A stretch of 64,000 nucleotides of DNA. Origin: Gemmatimonas sp. GTDB taxonomy: Bacteria > Gemmatimonadota > Gemmatimonadetes > Gemmatimonadales > Gemmatimonadaceae. The position numbers and the translations under genes are program-made. Below the pieces are notes generated by a model. It had not been told where the DNA came from and did no database searches. It worked only from the letters and a program-made list of their open reading frames with translations. Positions 32,683 through 42,058 of this stretch are shown one piece after another (the first letter of the stretch is position 1; every line of letters starts with the position of its first letter). The DNA is taken from positions 2,976,001-3,040,000 of the forward strand of contig OZ257156.1 in NCBI GenBank assembly GCA_965279375.1. Direction: 5' to 3'.

Positions 32683-33921
32683 ATGACCTCTTCCCGACTT
32701 GGCGTAGGCTTCATCGGCTCCGGCTTCAACGCACGCTTCCACATGCTCGGCTGGACGGGCGTCCGTGATGCCGACATCCTCGGCGTCTGGAGTCCCAACG
32801 CGAAGAACGCCGCCTCGGCGGCCAAGTACGCGCGCGAGCTCGACGTCGGCGAGTGCAAGCCGTACAAGAGCATCACCGACATGGTAGCCGATCCGGCCAT
32901 CGACGCGATCTGGCTCAACGGCCCCAATCACGCGCGCATCGAGAACGTGGAAGAGATCTGCGATGCGGTGACATCGGGGAAGGGAACGCTCAAGGGCATC
33001 GCCTGCGAGAAGCCGCTCGGTCGTGGCGTGGCCGAAGCGTCCTACATCCTCAAGCTCGTCGAGAAGGCCGGCATCATGCACGGCTATCTCGAGAATCAGG
33101 CGTTTGCGCCACAGGTGGCCACCGCGCACCAGCTGCTGTGGAAGCGCGGTGCGGCGGCCACGGGCCGTCCGTACCTCGCGCGCGCGGCCGAAGAGCATTC
33201 TGGCCCGCACATGCCGTGGTTCTGGAACGGCGCCAATCAGGGCGGCGGAGTACTGAGCGACATGATGTGCCACTCGTTGCTTGTCGTGCGCCAGTTGCTC
33301 ACGCCGCCGGGCGAATCGCTGCGCACCCTCAAGGTCAAGCGCATCACGGGACACATTGCTTCGCTCAAGTGGTCGCGCAAGGAGTACGCAGCGATTCTCA
33401 AGAAGACGATGGGCGTGGACTACCTCAAGAAGCCGTCGGAAGACTACGCCAGCGTGAACGTCGAATTCGAAACCCCAGAAGGCCGCGTCGTGATCGGTGA
33501 AGCCACCACGAGCTGGAGTTTCGTCGGACCTGGCCTGCGCTTGAGTGCTGAATTGCTCGGCCCCGAGTACAGCATGAAGTGGAACTCGCTCGACAGCGGT
33601 CTCGACTTGTTCTTCTCACGCGAAGTGCGAGGGAAAGCGGGCGAGGACATCGTCGAGAAGCAGAACGCCGAGATGGGGCAGATGCCCGTGGTGGTGAACG
33701 AGGCGATCGCCTACGGCTACGAGGCGGAAGATCGCCACTTCGTGCGCGCGTTCCTGGGCAAGGAGAAACCGCTGCTCACCTGGCACGACGGACTGGATGT
33801 CGTCGAGATGCTGATGGCGGCCTACATGAGCGCCGAGAGCGAGAAGACGGTGCAGTTCCCGCCGAAGGGCTTGGGCAAGTTCCTGCCCGCCGTGGCACAG
33901 GGGAACTGGAAGCCGCGGTAA
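32683..33921 (+). CDS. Gfo/Idh/MocA family oxidoreductase
   Basis: GFIGSGF, ACEKPL and GGGVLSDMMCH. Confidence 0.92.
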   Translation: MTSSRLGVGFIGSGFNARFHMLGWTGVRDADILGVWSPNAKNAASAAKYARELDVGECKPYKSITDMVADPAIDAIWLNGPNHARIENVEEICDAVTSGKGTLKGIACEKPLGRGVAEASYILKLVEKAGIMHGYLENQAFAPQVATAHQLLWKRGAAATGRPYLARAAEEHSGPHMPWFWNGANQGGGVLSDMMCHSLLVVRQLLTPPGESLRTLKVKRITGHIASLKWSRKEYAAILKKTMGVDYLKKPSEDYASVNVEFETPEGRVVIGEATTSWSFVGPGLRLSAELLGPEYSMKWNSLDSGLDLFFSREVRGKAGEDIVEKQNAEMGQMPVVVNEAIAYGYEAEDRHFVRAFLGKEKPLLTWHDGLDVVEMLMAAYMSAESEKTVQFPPKGLGKFLPAVAQGNWKPR

Positions 33922-33972
33922 CCATCGCACCGCACATCGTGATCGCTGCGGCACCGACAGCGACTCATCGCA

Positions 33973-35145
33973 TCACGCGCTGAGTCGCTGTTCCATTTCG
34001 GCGAGTCGATCGAGTGTCCAGAGCGCCGAGCCGCTGGGCTTCGCTGTGGTGTTGAGCGTCAGCGTGCGAGTGCGCGCGATGAGGCGGCGCGCTGTATCCG
34101 TGTCACCACGCGCCAGCGCGATCGCGGCCTCGGTACGTGTTCTCGAGGATTCAGGGAGCTGCCCCCAACTCTTGTGGTGTGGATGCACGACGGTCTCCGC
34201 GCCTGTCGCATCGCGGTCGTAGTGGGCCAACACGAACGCCTGCTCAGCGGCGATCAACGACTCGAGATGGAATGGTTTCCCCTTGGCGAGCACGAGCGCG
34301 CGCAGCAGCTGCACTCGGCCCTCGTCAACTCGATCGTGCGCCACCAGCCAGGCGTAGGCGTTGAATCGCGCCACCAGCTCCTGCATGGAACCATCGGCTG
34401 GCTCGAGCGAGTCGCGGACCTTGGTGACCGGCTGATTGGCGATCGGAGTACCCAGCTGGTCCCCGAGCGTGAGCACCAGTTGGGCGACATCTCGGCGCGC
34501 AGTTGGGCTGTCATTGCGCAGCTGCAGGAAGCGCTTGCCGTCGGAGACGAAGCTACCGTTGTTCATCGGGATCGCGGTGACGAGTGCGATCATCAGCGAG
34601 CAAGCACCGAGTACGCCCACAGAGAACGTCCACCATGCGATCGGTGACGTCACGATAACGGTCCAAGCCAACGCGCCCAGTACAAGACTCGTGAGCGGGC
34701 CGGCAGCCACCATGACGCGGGTGCGTCGCACGAGATCGTGATCGTCCACGGGCATGCAGGCCGCGATGCCCCCTGCCAGTTCCAAGCTGCGATTGAGCGA
34801 CCACCGCAGACGTCCGCTCTCAAAGTCGCGCTCCAGACGAAATGGTCCGAGCACGAGCAGTCTGAATCGGAAGCCTTGCGAGAGACCGCCGACGATGTGA
34901 CCAAGCTCGTGGGCGAGCAGCACGAGGAAGAACGCGAGCAGAACGAGCGGAGCACTCGCCCACAGACTCGGCGACGCGCTGATGGCACCGCGCATCGACT
35001 CCGCGGCCATACGCTGTCCGAGCGCCATACCCGCGGTTCCTGCGGCAGCGCCAGCGAACAGCGAGATCAGGAGTTGGAGTCCGACGGAGCGCTTGACGTT
35101 GACGACCGTCGCGTCGCTCGGGGGCAAGGGAAGTAGCGGTTCCAT
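33973..35145 (-). CDS. M50 (site-2 protease-like) membrane metallopeptidase
   Basis: HELGH, AAGP and IP......SDG motifs within TM helices. Confidence 0.8.
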   Translation of the reverse strand: MEPLLPLPPSDATVVNVKRSVGLQLLISLFAGAAAGTAGMALGQRMAAESMRGAISASPSLWASAPLVLLAFFLVLLAHELGHIVGGLSQGFRFRLLVLGPFRLERDFESGRLRWSLNRSLELAGGIAACMPVDDHDLVRRTRVMVAAGPLTSLVLGALAWTVIVTSPIAWWTFSVGVLGACSLMIALVTAIPMNNGSFVSDGKRFLQLRNDSPTARRDVAQLVLTLGDQLGTPIANQPVTKVRDSLEPADGSMQELVARFNAYAWLVAHDRVDEGRVQLLRALVLAKGKPFHLESLIAAEQAFVLAHYDRDATGAETVVHPHHKSWGQLPESSRTRTEAAIALARGDTDTARRLIARTRTLTLNTTAKPSGSALWTLDRLAEMEQRLSA

Positions 35146-35158
35146 GCCCCTAAAGACG

Positions 35159-36904
35159 CTATGGTGTCGTGGTCTGTTTCGTTCGGCGGTAGTTCACGTC
35201 CATCGCTTGCAGTCGCAGCTCTTCGCCGGCCATGCGCACCATGAAATCGCCATAGTCCTTGCGCGACTTGGGACTCCACAGCGCCTCGGACAGCGCGCTG
35301 AGACGTGGGAAGAGCATGTACTCCACGTCGCGCGGCGTCTTGATGTACTCCGTCCACATCTGCGCCTGTGCGCCGAGGATGTGCTTTGCCTCCGCCTCGC
35401 TGAGCGACGCAGGAATCGGCTCGAAGGAGTAGACCGTATCCATTGGCAGATATCCACCGATGGCGAGCGGTTCGGCTTTGCGGTCGAGCGACTGATAGTG
35501 GTCGAAGTACGTGTGACTGCCCGGCGTCATGACGACGTCGTGGCCGGCCTTGGCCGCGTCGATGCCGCCCTGCGTACCGCGCCACGACATGACCGTCGCG
35601 TTCTCGGCGAGGCCCCCTTCGAGAATCTCATCCCATCCGACGAGGCGACGTCCCTTCTTGGTCAGGAACGTGTCCATCTGCCGAATGAACCAGCTCTGCA
35701 GCTCGTGTTCATCCTTGAGGCCGAGCTGCTTGATGCGCGCCTGAATCTGCGGGCTCGCCTTCCACAGTGTCTTGTCGGCCTCGTCGCCGCCGATGTGGAT
35801 GAACTTTCCGGGGAACAGCCCGAGCACTTCGGTGAGCACGTCCTGCATGAACGAGACGGTGCTATCGTCGGCGTTGAGGATGTATGAGCTGACGCCCCAC
35901 ACGCCCAGCACACTCACCGTTGTATCGGGACGCACGCCGAGTTGCGGATACGCCGCCACGGCGGCCTGCGCGTGCCCCGGCATTTCGATCTCCGGCACCA
36001 CCGTCACGAAGCGCTCCGCCGCGTACGCAACAACTTCGCGGATGTCGTCCTGCGTGTAGAAGCCGCAGTGCTTCACACCATCGAAGACACGCTTGGCAGG
36101 ATCGGCAACGTAGGGACCCACGAGCGTCTGATCGCGACAGGAGCCCACTTCGGTCAGGCGCGGATACTTTTTGATCTCGATGCGCCAGCCCTGGTCCTCG
36201 GTGAGGTGCCAGTGGAAGCGATTGAGTTTGTGCAGCGCAAGGAGATCGATGTACTTCTTGACGAAATCCATCGGCATGAAGTGGCGCCCGGCATCGAGGT
36301 GCGCGCCGCGCCAGGAGAAGCGTGGCGCATCTTCGATGTGTACCGCGGGGACGGTCCATGCGACATCCGCCGTTGGTGCGCCGCGCAGGATCGCGGCAGG
36401 GAGGAGCTGTTTGACCGTCTGCAGTCCGTAGAACGCACCAGCAGCGCCGGCAGCTCTTACGACGATGCTCGCCGCACGCACGTCGAGCGTGTACGCGCCT
36501 TCGCCCTTGGATGCGAGCGTGCGGTCATACACCAGCCGGATGCCGCTCGCGGACACGCTGCCGACGCGCACGGCCAGCGTATAGCCGGTCGGCATGGACA
36601 CGTCGCGCGCGAAACGGCGCGCTACGGGCATGAACTGGCGATCGGCGTGGAGCACCGTGCTTTCGCGCAACACAAACGTCCCCGCACGCGGCGTCAGGAC
36701 ACTCGGCCGCGGAATCACGTCGTAGCGTGCCTCGTAGCGCGCTTCCGACAGCGGAACGGTCGGCGCGTTCTGCGCGGGCAGCGAAGTCGCGACGAATGCG
36801 GCGCAGAGCGCGCCACGACCTGCGATCAGCGTCAGGCGTCGGCGCAGCGGGGCCGTGCGCGCGCTGAGAGTGAGCGCCACTTCGAGTGATCGCCGGCGAT
36901 GCAT
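35159..36904 (-). CDS. beta-N-acetylhexosaminidase (GH20); start uncertain
   Basis: DAPRFSWRG, HWHLTEDQGWR, PEIEMPGH, catalytic HIGGDE and WTEY. Confidence 0.95.
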   Translation of the reverse strand: MHRRRSLEVALTLSARTAPLRRRLTLIAGRGALCAAFVATSLPAQNAPTVPLSEARYEARYDVIPRPSVLTPRAGTFVLRESTVLHADRQFMPVARRFARDVSMPTGYTLAVRVGSVSASGIRLVYDRTLASKGEGAYTLDVRAASIVVRAAGAAGAFYGLQTVKQLLPAAILRGAPTADVAWTVPAVHIEDAPRFSWRGAHLDAGRHFMPMDFVKKYIDLLALHKLNRFHWHLTEDQGWRIEIKKYPRLTEVGSCRDQTLVGPYVADPAKRVFDGVKHCGFYTQDDIREVVAYAAERFVTVVPEIEMPGHAQAAVAAYPQLGVRPDTTVSVLGVWGVSSYILNADDSTVSFMQDVLTEVLGLFPGKFIHIGGDEADKTLWKASPQIQARIKQLGLKDEHELQSWFIRQMDTFLTKKGRRLVGWDEILEGGLAENATVMSWRGTQGGIDAAKAGHDVVMTPGSHTYFDHYQSLDRKAEPLAIGGYLPMDTVYSFEPIPASLSEAEAKHILGAQAQMWTEYIKTPRDVEYMLFPRLSALSEALWSPKSRKDYGDFMVRMAGEELRLQAMDVNYRRTKQTTTP

Positions 36905-36915
36905 GAGGGAGGGGT

Positions 36916-37584
36916 CTATCGTTCGGTGAGAGCCAGTAGCAGTTCTTGCACGATTGCGGCGTTCGTTCCGTTGGCGTGCACCTCGCGAACGCCTGACCGT
37001 GCGACCACGTCGCGAACGTTGTGCCCGCGCACACCGCCGCCGGCCAGAATCGTGAGTCGATCGCCTGCTTGCAACTGCAGCGCCTGCAGCTGCGCTGCAC
37101 CGTCGAGCGCCGTGTCAGCCTGGCCCGACGTGAGCACATAGTCCACTCCAAGCATGAGCAGCGCGTCGAGCGCGGCACCGGCATCGGGGGTGCAGTCGAA
37201 GGCGCGATGGAAGGTCACCTTCATCGGCCGTGCGAGCGCGATCAGCTCGGCCGTGCGTTCGACGTCCACCGTGTCATCGCTGTGCAGCACGCCGAGCACG
37301 ACGCCGTCCACGCCCAGCGCGCGCGCTGCGACGATGTCGTTCTTCATGACTTCCAGATCGTCCGCGCTGTACACGAAGCCGCCGTCGTGCGGGCGAATCA
37401 TGACATGCAGTGGCACGTAGATCTCGTCACGACACCGCGCGATGACGCCGAGCGACGGCGTCGTTCCCCCGGTGCCCGCGCCGCACAACTCGATACGCCC
37501 AGCGCCCATCTCCTGCGCGGCGCGCGCGCAGGAGATGGAATCGCAACACGCTTCGAAGAGTGGGGTCACGTCTGTGGCCAGCAT
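36916..37584 (-). CDS. cutC: CutC family protein
   Basis: RIELC, GGTTPS, VMIRP, TFHRAFD, LTSG and GGGV. Confidence 0.93.
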   Translation of the reverse strand: MLATDVTPLFEACCDSISCARAAQEMGAGRIELCGAGTGGTTPSLGVIARCRDEIYVPLHVMIRPHDGGFVYSADDLEVMKNDIVAARALGVDGVVLGVLHSDDTVDVERTAELIALARPMKVTFHRAFDCTPDAGAALDALLMLGVDYVLTSGQADTALDGAAQLQALQLQAGDRLTILAGGGVRGHNVRDVVARSGVREVHANGTNAAIVQELLLALTER

Positions 37585-37594
37585 CAGTCGAAGC

Positions 37595-38818
37595 TCAGTG
37601 CGCCATGGCCGCGGTGCCCGTACTGGGTGCCGGACGGAAGAGCACGAGGAAGATCACGAACACCGCGACGGCGCCGAGCGATGGCACCAGCCACACCGAG
37701 GGCCAATCGTGCGCGACGGCGCCGCCGGCAGCGCTCGTGACGTAGCGATCGACCACGCTGCCCGAGACCGACGCGCCAACGAAGTAGCCGACACCGTTGG
37801 TCACGAGATTGAGGAAGCCCTGCGCTGCTGCGCGCACCTTGGGTCCGGCCACTTCGTCCGTGAAGATCTGGCCCGACACGAAGAAGAAGTCGTAGCAGAT
37901 GCCGTGCAGCAGGATGCCGCCGTAGATGAACCACATGCCCGAGCCGGCATCACCACGGCTGAAGGCGAAGTAACGCAGCGCCCAGGCAAGCATGCCGATC
38001 AACATGATCCACTTGATGCCGAACTTTCGCAGCGCGAACGGCAGCAGCAGCATGAAGAAGACCTCCGAGCCCTGTCCGAAGGACATGATGCCCGCCGCAT
38101 TGGGCACGCCGATCTCGTTCATGAACGGATTGGCGAACGCGTAGTAGAACTGCAGCGGAATGCAGAGGAGGAACGAGCCAAGCACGAAGATCTTGAAGTC
38201 GTTGCGCTTGAGCAGGCTGAGCGCGTCCAGTCCGAGCGCATCGCGCACGCTGAAGGGGGCGCCGGCCGCCTTGGGCGGCGTGTGCGGCAGCATCAGCGAG
38301 AACAGGCCCAGCGCGAGCGAGCCCGCGGCCGAGATCTGCATCGGAATCGCCAACGCGTCGGCGTGCAGCACGAAGCCGACGAGAATGCCCGACGCGACGA
38401 TCCAGCCGATCGTGCCGAAGACGCGAATGACCGGGAAGTCACGCGCCGAATCCGTGACGTTGTGCAGCGAGATGGAATTGGTCAGCGACAGCGTCGGCAT
38501 GTAGCAGAACGCGTATGCGAGCAGCAGCGGATAGAACGTGCTGAACTGCGTCTGCTTGGAGAGGAAGAACATGAGCACGGCGCCGATCAGATGCAGCGCG
38601 GCCAGCAGCTTTTCACTCGAGAAGAATCGGTCGGCGACGATGCCCATGAAGAACGGCGACACGATCGCCGCGATCGCGGTGGCTCCGTACGCACTGCCGA
38701 TTTCCGTGCCGGTGAAGTGCAGCGTCTGGCCGAGATACGTGCCCATGGTGACGAACCACGCGCCCCAGACGAAGTACTGCAGGAACATCATCACCGACAG
38801 CCGTGCCTTCGTACCCAT
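37595..38818 (-). CDS. Nucleoside:H+ symporter family MFS permease (NupG/YegT-like)
   Basis: [33 protein letters not shown] and [11 protein letters not shown]; start overlaps the DUF1080 stop (TAATG). Confidence 0.92.
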   Translation of the reverse strand: MGTKARLSVMMFLQYFVWGAWFVTMGTYLGQTLHFTGTEIGSAYGATAIAAIVSPFFMGIVADRFFSSEKLLAALHLIGAVLMFFLSKQTQFSTFYPLLLAYAFCYMPTLSLTNSISLHNVTDSARDFPVIRVFGTIGWIVASGILVGFVLHADALAIPMQISAAGSLALGLFSLMLPHTPPKAAGAPFSVRDALGLDALSLLKRNDFKIFVLGSFLLCIPLQFYYAFANPFMNEIGVPNAAGIMSFGQGSEVFFMLLLPFALRKFGIKWIMLIGMLAWALRYFAFSRGDAGSGMWFIYGGILLHGICYDFFFVSGQIFTDEVAGPKVRAAAQGFLNLVTNGVGYFVGASVSGSVVDRYVTSAAGGAVAHDWPSVWLVPSLGAVAVFVIFLVLFRPAPSTGTAAMAH

Positions 38819-39525
38819 TACGGAAGCTCCCGAATGCGAATGTTGCGAAACCACACGCGATCACCATGGTCCTGCAGCGCGATGTAGCCGCGCTTGGTCT
38901 GTCCGTACTCCGGCCACTCCTTGAACTTGCTGGCCTTCACTTTCGCGACCCAGTCAGCCGAGCCGAGCTCGTAGGTCACGACCTTCTGTCCGTTGAGCCA
39001 GTGCTCCACGTGGTTGCCGTTCACGAGAAGCCGGATGCTGTTCCATTCGCCCACCGGCTTCAGTGCGCCGGTCGGCGACGGATACAGTGCGTAGTCCGCG
39101 CCCGCCGAGGTCAGCCGCGACTTGCCGTCGGGATGGCCAGCGTCGTCCAGAATCTGCATCTCCGGGCCGCTGCGGTACGTCACCTCGCCCTTGGGATCCA
39201 CGCGGTAGATGATGCCGCTGTTGCCCTTCGCCAGCAGCTTCCAGTCGAGCTCCAACTCGAAGTTGGCGTACTCCTTGTTGGTGACGAGGTCGTCCCCGGA
39301 GCCGACGCGCGTGATTGCGCCATTCTCCACAGTCCAGCCTGCAGGTACCGCCCCCGGCGTCTTGAAGCCGTGCCATTCGGTGATCGCCTTGCCGTCGAAC
39401 AGTGACTGCCATTCACCGGACGGCTTCGCCGCCGAGGCTGGCGACTGGGTCCGCGCGCACGCCATCGGCGCGAGGGCCAACCCCATCAGGCCGACCGCCA
39501 GAACGCTCATCCTGACGTGGCGCAT
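38818..39525 (-). CDS. DUF1080 (3-keto-disaccharide hydrolase-like) lipoprotein
   Basis: PMAC lipobox, LFDGK, GNSGI, EMQILD, GEWN, LQDHG and FRNIRIREL. Confidence 0.92.
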   Translation of the reverse strand: MRHVRMSVLAVGLMGLALAPMACARTQSPASAAKPSGEWQSLFDGKAITEWHGFKTPGAVPAGWTVENGAITRVGSGDDLVTNKEYANFELELDWKLLAKGNSGIIYRVDPKGEVTYRSGPEMQILDDAGHPDGKSRLTSAGADYALYPSPTGALKPVGEWNSIRLLVNGNHVEHWLNGQKVVTYELGSADWVAKVKASKFKEWPEYGQTKRGYIALQDHGDRVWFRNIRIRELP

Positions 39526-39944
39526 CGGATTTCGAGGGTGAGAGCGGGTCGGCCCAGGGACAAGATGGCTGGGAAGGAGACTACGCGCCGAACGGGTCAC
39601 GGCAGACATACAGCGCTCCAGGAGAGTCGAGCAGGAGGGAGGCGGGCGCGCGTATGCTACGACACGTCCCGCGCGTGCGGAAGGCGCACGCGACGAATGA
39701 TGGGGCCGAAGTCACCAGCCATCGCACTCTGGGCGGCCACGGGATGTCGGACGGTACAGCCTGTGCACAGAAGCGACTCGTCCTCTCGCCTCGTCACCGC
39801 CCGACTGCGTTCGCCGCGCGGCTTGCACCGCTGCAGAATTGAACCCGCGACGCATCGCGCACGTCGGGGTGTCCGTCCTTCCCTGACAGCGTGCAACTGA
39901 TCGCCCGACTGTCTCGGCTCACTATTCCGAGCAGGTTGCTCCAC

Positions 39945-40265
39945 ATGCCTGACACTCCCGTGGCACCGCTCCCGGCGCGTCCGCGCGTCCACGCCACGCC
40001 TCGACCGGGCGAGCCTGTGGACGCGACGCGCGAGCACCGCTCGTGGCCCATCGCGATCGGGCTGGGGATCCTCGGTACCGCGGTCATCGGCGTCGCCTTG
40101 CTCTGGATTCCGCATCTGATCATCAAACGGCTGCCCGTGGGTGGACGCGAACTGCGCGTCGGGCTGGCTACCGTCTGGATGCTGGGTGCCACCGCCGGAC
40201 TGCTCTTTGCCGGCGCTCGCCTCGGTCGCGCGGCGCGCGAGACGGGCGCCGTGGCGGGGCAGTGA
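39945..40265 (+). CDS. Small two-TM membrane protein, first gene of the Rieske/cytb operon
   Basis: Two hydrophobic helices; the stop overlaps the next start (TGATG). Confidence 0.6.
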   Translation: MPDTPVAPLPARPRVHATPRPGEPVDATREHRSWPIAIGLGILGTAVIGVALLWIPHLIIKRLPVGGRELRVGLATVWMLGATAGLLFAGARLGRAARETGAVAGQ

Positions 40266-42058
40266 TGAGCAATCCGATGGGCATCCCGTTGGACGCGACC
40301 ATCGCTGACGCCAGCTGGTTCGAGGCCACGGTCTCATGCACCGCCGCGTGCCCGGTGCATACCAACGCTGCGGGCTACGTTCAGGCGATCGGCGATGGGC
40401 GTCTCGAAGATGCGTACGACCTCGCCCGCGCCCACAACCCCTTCCCGAGTGTCTGCGGACGCGTCTGCTCCGCGCCCTGTGAACGCGCCTGTCGCCGCGG
40501 GGTCGTCGATGCCCCTGTGGCTATTCGTGCGCTCAAGCGCGTCGTCAGCGAGCGATTCGGCGCTGAGCAGGAGACAATGTCGCGCTGGCATCGCGCGCAC
40601 GGCCCGGTACCGCCCGCGACTCGGCCGTCGGTGGGGATCGTCGGCGCCGGGCCAGCCGGGCTCGCCGCCGCGTATGAACTGCGCCTCGCGGGACATGCGG
40701 TGACGTTGTACGAGCGCGATCCGCAAGCTGGCGGCATGCTGCTGGCGGGCATTCCCGCCTTTCGGCTGCCGCGCGATGTGGTGCGCGCCGAGATCGCGGC
40801 GCTGCTGTCGCTTGGCATCGATCTCGTGCCCAACTGCCGGGTCGGCGTCGATCGCAGCTTTGCCGAACTGCAGGCGGCGCATGCCGCGTTGCTCATTACA
40901 GTGGGCTGTTCACTCGGGCGGTCGCTGCCGCTGCCGGGAGCCGAGTTGCCTGGCGTCGTACGCGCCGTGGACGGCCTGCGGGAGGTCAACGCGGGCAGCC
41001 TGGGCGGACTAGAAGCACCGGTGCTGGTGATTGGCGGTGGCAGCGTGGCGTTCGATGCCGCACGCAGCGCGCGTCGCACCGCGGTGACGCCTGAAGCACA
41101 GACGGCGCTCGATGCCGCACGCGTGGCGTCGCGCGCCACGACCGCACCTGTCGTGCTGATTGCGGCGGAGAAAACAGCCGCAATGCCGGTGCCGCCCGAG
41201 GAGCTGCATGAGGCGGCCGAGGAAGGGGTCATCGTTCGCGGCGGCATGGGAGTGCGCCGCATCGGCGGGGAAGGGCGCGTGGAGTACGTCGTCGTCGCGC
41301 CGATCAAATCGCTGCACGATGAACTCGGCCGTTTTCGCCCGACGCTGCAGGATGGGCACGATGAAACGATTCCGGTGCGCACGGTGATTCTCGCCGTCGG
41401 GCAGCAATCGGATGTCTCGTTCGTTGACGAGGCGGTGGCAGCCACCGCGCCCGGACTGCTCGACACGCCGTGGAGCGGCATTCGCGCGGCGGCCGATGGT
41501 CGGACAGCGCACGCGCGCGTGTACGGCGCGGGTGATGTGATTACCGGGCCGCGCGACCTGATCGATGCGATCGCGTCGGGACAGCGCGTGGCGCGCACCA
41601 TCTGCGCCGATCTGTCGAACGACATAGTCGCACCGGAGGACGTTGTGGTGGAGTCGGAGATGCGCCCGAGCCGACGCATCGATCTCGATCGCCGCTACTG
41701 GAGCGGATACGACGCACTCAGTCGGCGCGTGCTCCCCGTGCTGCCAACGTCGGTGCGCGCGCAGAATGACGAAGTCGAGCGCATGCTCGATTTGAGCGAT
41801 GCCCAACGCGAGGCGTCACGCTGTCTGCACTGCGATTCGCACATCATGCTCGATGCCGCGCGCTGCGTCGCCTGCGGATTGTGTGTGGATGTGTGCCCGT
41901 ACGGCTGCATCGCGTTGGTGGGCACCGTTCAGAACGATGCTGTTTCCCCTTCGGCCGCCGACCTCTTCGCGCTCACGCTCGATGAGCGCGCCTGCATCCG
42001 CTGCGGGCTGTGCGTGGATCGGTGTCCGGCCAATGCGCTGGAGCTTGCCAGTGTCTGA
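40265..42058 (+). CDS. GltD/NfnB-like FAD-dependent NAD(P)H oxidoreductase with N-terminal Fe-S domain and C-terminal 2x[4Fe-4S] ferredoxin domain
   Basis: CTAACP..CGRVCSAPCERAC, GAGPAG, GGGSVA, AGD, RCLHC, CVACGLCVDVCP and CIRCGLCVDRCP. Confidence 0.92.
   Translation: MSNPMGIPLDATIADASWFEATVSCTAACPVHTNAAGYVQAIGDGRLEDAYDLARAHNPFPSVCGRVCSAPCERACRRGVVDAPVAIRALKRVVSERFGAEQETMSRWHRAHGPVPPATRPSVGIVGAGPAGLAAAYELRLAGHAVTLYERDPQAGGMLLAGIPAFRLPRDVVRAEIAALLSLGIDLVPNCRVGVDRSFAELQAAHAALLITVGCSLGRSLPLPGAELPGVVRAVDGLREVNAGSLGGLEAPVLVIGGGSVAFDAARSARRTAVTPEAQTALDAARVASRATTAPVVLIAAEKTAAMPVPPEELHEAAEEGVIVRGGMGVRRIGGEGRVEYVVVAPIKSLHDELGRFRPTLQDGHDETIPVRTVILAVGQQSDVSFVDEAVAATAPGLLDTPWSGIRAAADGRTAHARVYGAGDVITGPRDLIDAIASGQRVARTICADLSNDIVAPEDVVVESEMRPSRRIDLDRRYWSGYDALSRRVLPVLPTSVRAQNDEVERMLDLSDAQREASRCLHCDSHIMLDAARCVACGLCVDVCPYGCIALVGTVQNDAVSPSAADLFALTLDERACIRCGLCVDRCPANALELASV

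Noticed and set aside
39780..39915. FNR/CRP box (CTGAC-N4-TGCAA) and a 10-bp direct repeat CGCCCGACTG (39798, 39902) upstream of the respiratory operon
   Set aside because: Too many mismatches to TTGAT-N4-ATCAA, and a GC-rich 10-mer repeat is weak evidence without conservation data.
40381..41679. 432-aa antisense ORF over the flavoprotein gene
   Set aside because: Shadow ORF of a GC-rich gene, Ser/Arg/Thr-biased with no motifs. The same applies to 54779-56629(+), 46327-47577(+), 30795-32153(-) and 7288-8565(-).
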